Assembly: GCA_043228905.1 (NCBI GenBank)
Contig: JBHGNT010000008.1
Span: 8,928,001-8,992,000, forward strand
Direction of reading: 5' to 3'
Source: Azolla caroliniana
Lineage: Eukaryota > Plantae > Polypodiophyta
Length of the DNA: 64,000 nt
Below, piece by piece: positions 62,801-64,000 of this stretch (positions are counted from its first letter, which is position 1; each line of letters starts with the position of its first letter). The notes under the pieces are model-generated. The model did not search any database and was not told where the DNA came from. It was given only the letters and a program-made list of their open reading frames with translations. A program made the translations under genes and the position numbers.

Positions 62801-64000
62801 ATCTGGTGCGAAACGCGGTCTTCCATTCGTCTCCTGGTCGGATCCGTACGAGGTTATATGCTCCCCGTAAGTCGATCTTCGTGAAGAACCTGGCACCATT
62901 GATCCGTTCTAAAAGACTTGAGATAAGGGGAAGAGCATACCTATTCCTGATTGTAACCTTATTCAGGCCACGGTAATCTACAACAAGACGAAGCGATCCA
63001 TCCTTTTTCATGACGAAGAAAATGGGCGCGCCGGCTGGAGATTTCGAATGCCGGATGAAACCATTTTCCAAATTCTCCTCTATATAGGCCCGAAGGACTT
63101 CCAACTCGGTTGGTGACAAATTGTAGATCGGTCCCCATGGCGGCTCTTTTCCCGGTTGTAAATCGATGGGGCAATCGTACGGTCGATGATGGGGAAGTGT
63201 GTTGGCTTGTACTTTATCGAACACATCGGCGTAATGACGATACTTCTCGGGAAGTTGAACGGTGGATCCTTCTTTAGTGGTGCTGGAGGGGTTTACTGAT
63301 ATTGCAAAGAGGAACATTTCCTCCTTGTGCCCTTCTTTATGCAACTGACGTAGCGAAATGTTTGCCATCTTCTGAGTTGACCCTTGGGTTTGTCGACACC
63401 GGATTTCTCTTGTTCTCCAATCTATGTCTGGGTTATGTAACTCGAACCACGGTAATCCTAAAACTATGGGATGTTCTGGGATACTAATAATATTAAATGA
63501 TACTACACATGCTAAGTTATCTAGGACAATATTAATGGGCTCTGACTCTTCTATGATATTTCCGGAAGCAATGGGACGTCCATCAATGACTACTACAGAG
63601 GCTGGACACTGGAGTTTTCTTAGGGATATCTTATGAGCTTGAGCAAATTTCTTATCCATAAAGCAAGAGTTAGCTCCGGAATCTAGGAGTGCTAGGACAT
63701 GTACTGGAGGGGTACTTTTAGTACTAACTATTACTTGGGCTACGAACACATCACTAACTTGCTTAGAGGGAATGGAACCACTAATGGGCTACACAGATCT
63801 AGGGCTGTCCAACCAAACGGCTCCTATTTTGGCTGGACTTAGTCGTTTAACTCTTCTTCTAACTGACTAAGGACATCAAATCTGTTTGCTAGATCTAGGC
63901 TATTAGTACTATTAGTACTATCAGATATCCCTACTGAAATAGGCTCGGGTTTAGTACAATTAGAACTAACGACTATTTGGTTTACCTGTCTTCTTGGCCT
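59834..64000 (-). mobile_element. Tcn1-like chromovirus I (same family as F): end of gag, pol, chromodomain, PPT and 3' LTR (60267-59834)
   Basis: [10 protein letters not shown] protease; [26 protein letters not shown]; IALDFITDLP integrase; PEYEVAAILDS chromodomain; PPT AAAGGGGGGATAG at 60280-60268. Several stops and frameshifts. Confidence 0.92.
63807..63851 (-). promoter_or_regulatory. Putative -1 ribosomal frameshift signal between gag and pol of element I
   Basis: G TTA AAC in the gag frame (63851-45), 6-nt spacer, then an 11-bp stem GTCCAGCCAAA/TTTGGTTGGAC. The -1 frame is the pol frame of ORF 63749. Confidence 0.7.

Overview
Eukaryotic (land-plant) genomic DNA. A non-seed plant such as a fern, lycophyte or bryophyte is inferred from the Tcn1-like chromoviruses. 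About 49 kb (1-48.8 kb) is a nested cluster of LTR retrotransposons whose boundaries could be resolved by hand from LTR pairs, PBS/PPT and target-site duplications (TSDs). An old minus-strand copia (E, 40693 to ~980) is split by four things: a chromovirus (F, 1-979); a minus-strand non-chromovirus gypsy (A, 1626-31209); a related copia (D, 34523-40284); and, via A, further insertions. A contains gypsy B (3416-18982), which contains an intact young copia C (10465-15984), and A's 5' LTR contains chromovirus J (23879-30902). Decayed chromovirus remnants and a third related copia (G, 43389-48786) follow. The only host gene is a 9-exon plastid NAD-dependent glycerol-3-phosphate dehydrogenase (GLY1/SFD1-like, 49869-56503). 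A minus-strand Tcn1-like chromovirus (I, from 59834) runs off the right edge. Most unusual observations: (1) gypsy B has no polypurine tract but a tRNA-like cloverleaf ending in CCA 2 nt before its 3' LTR, partly complementary to its own PBS; (2) Tcn1-like LTRs carry tRNA-type Pol III A/B boxes at their U3 tip; (3) a regularly spaced stem-loop array lies in a probable 5'-UTR intron of chromovirus J; (4) B carries a ~1000-aa extra ORF with TQT motifs and a coiled coil. All coordinates and identities were read by eye; no database searches were run.
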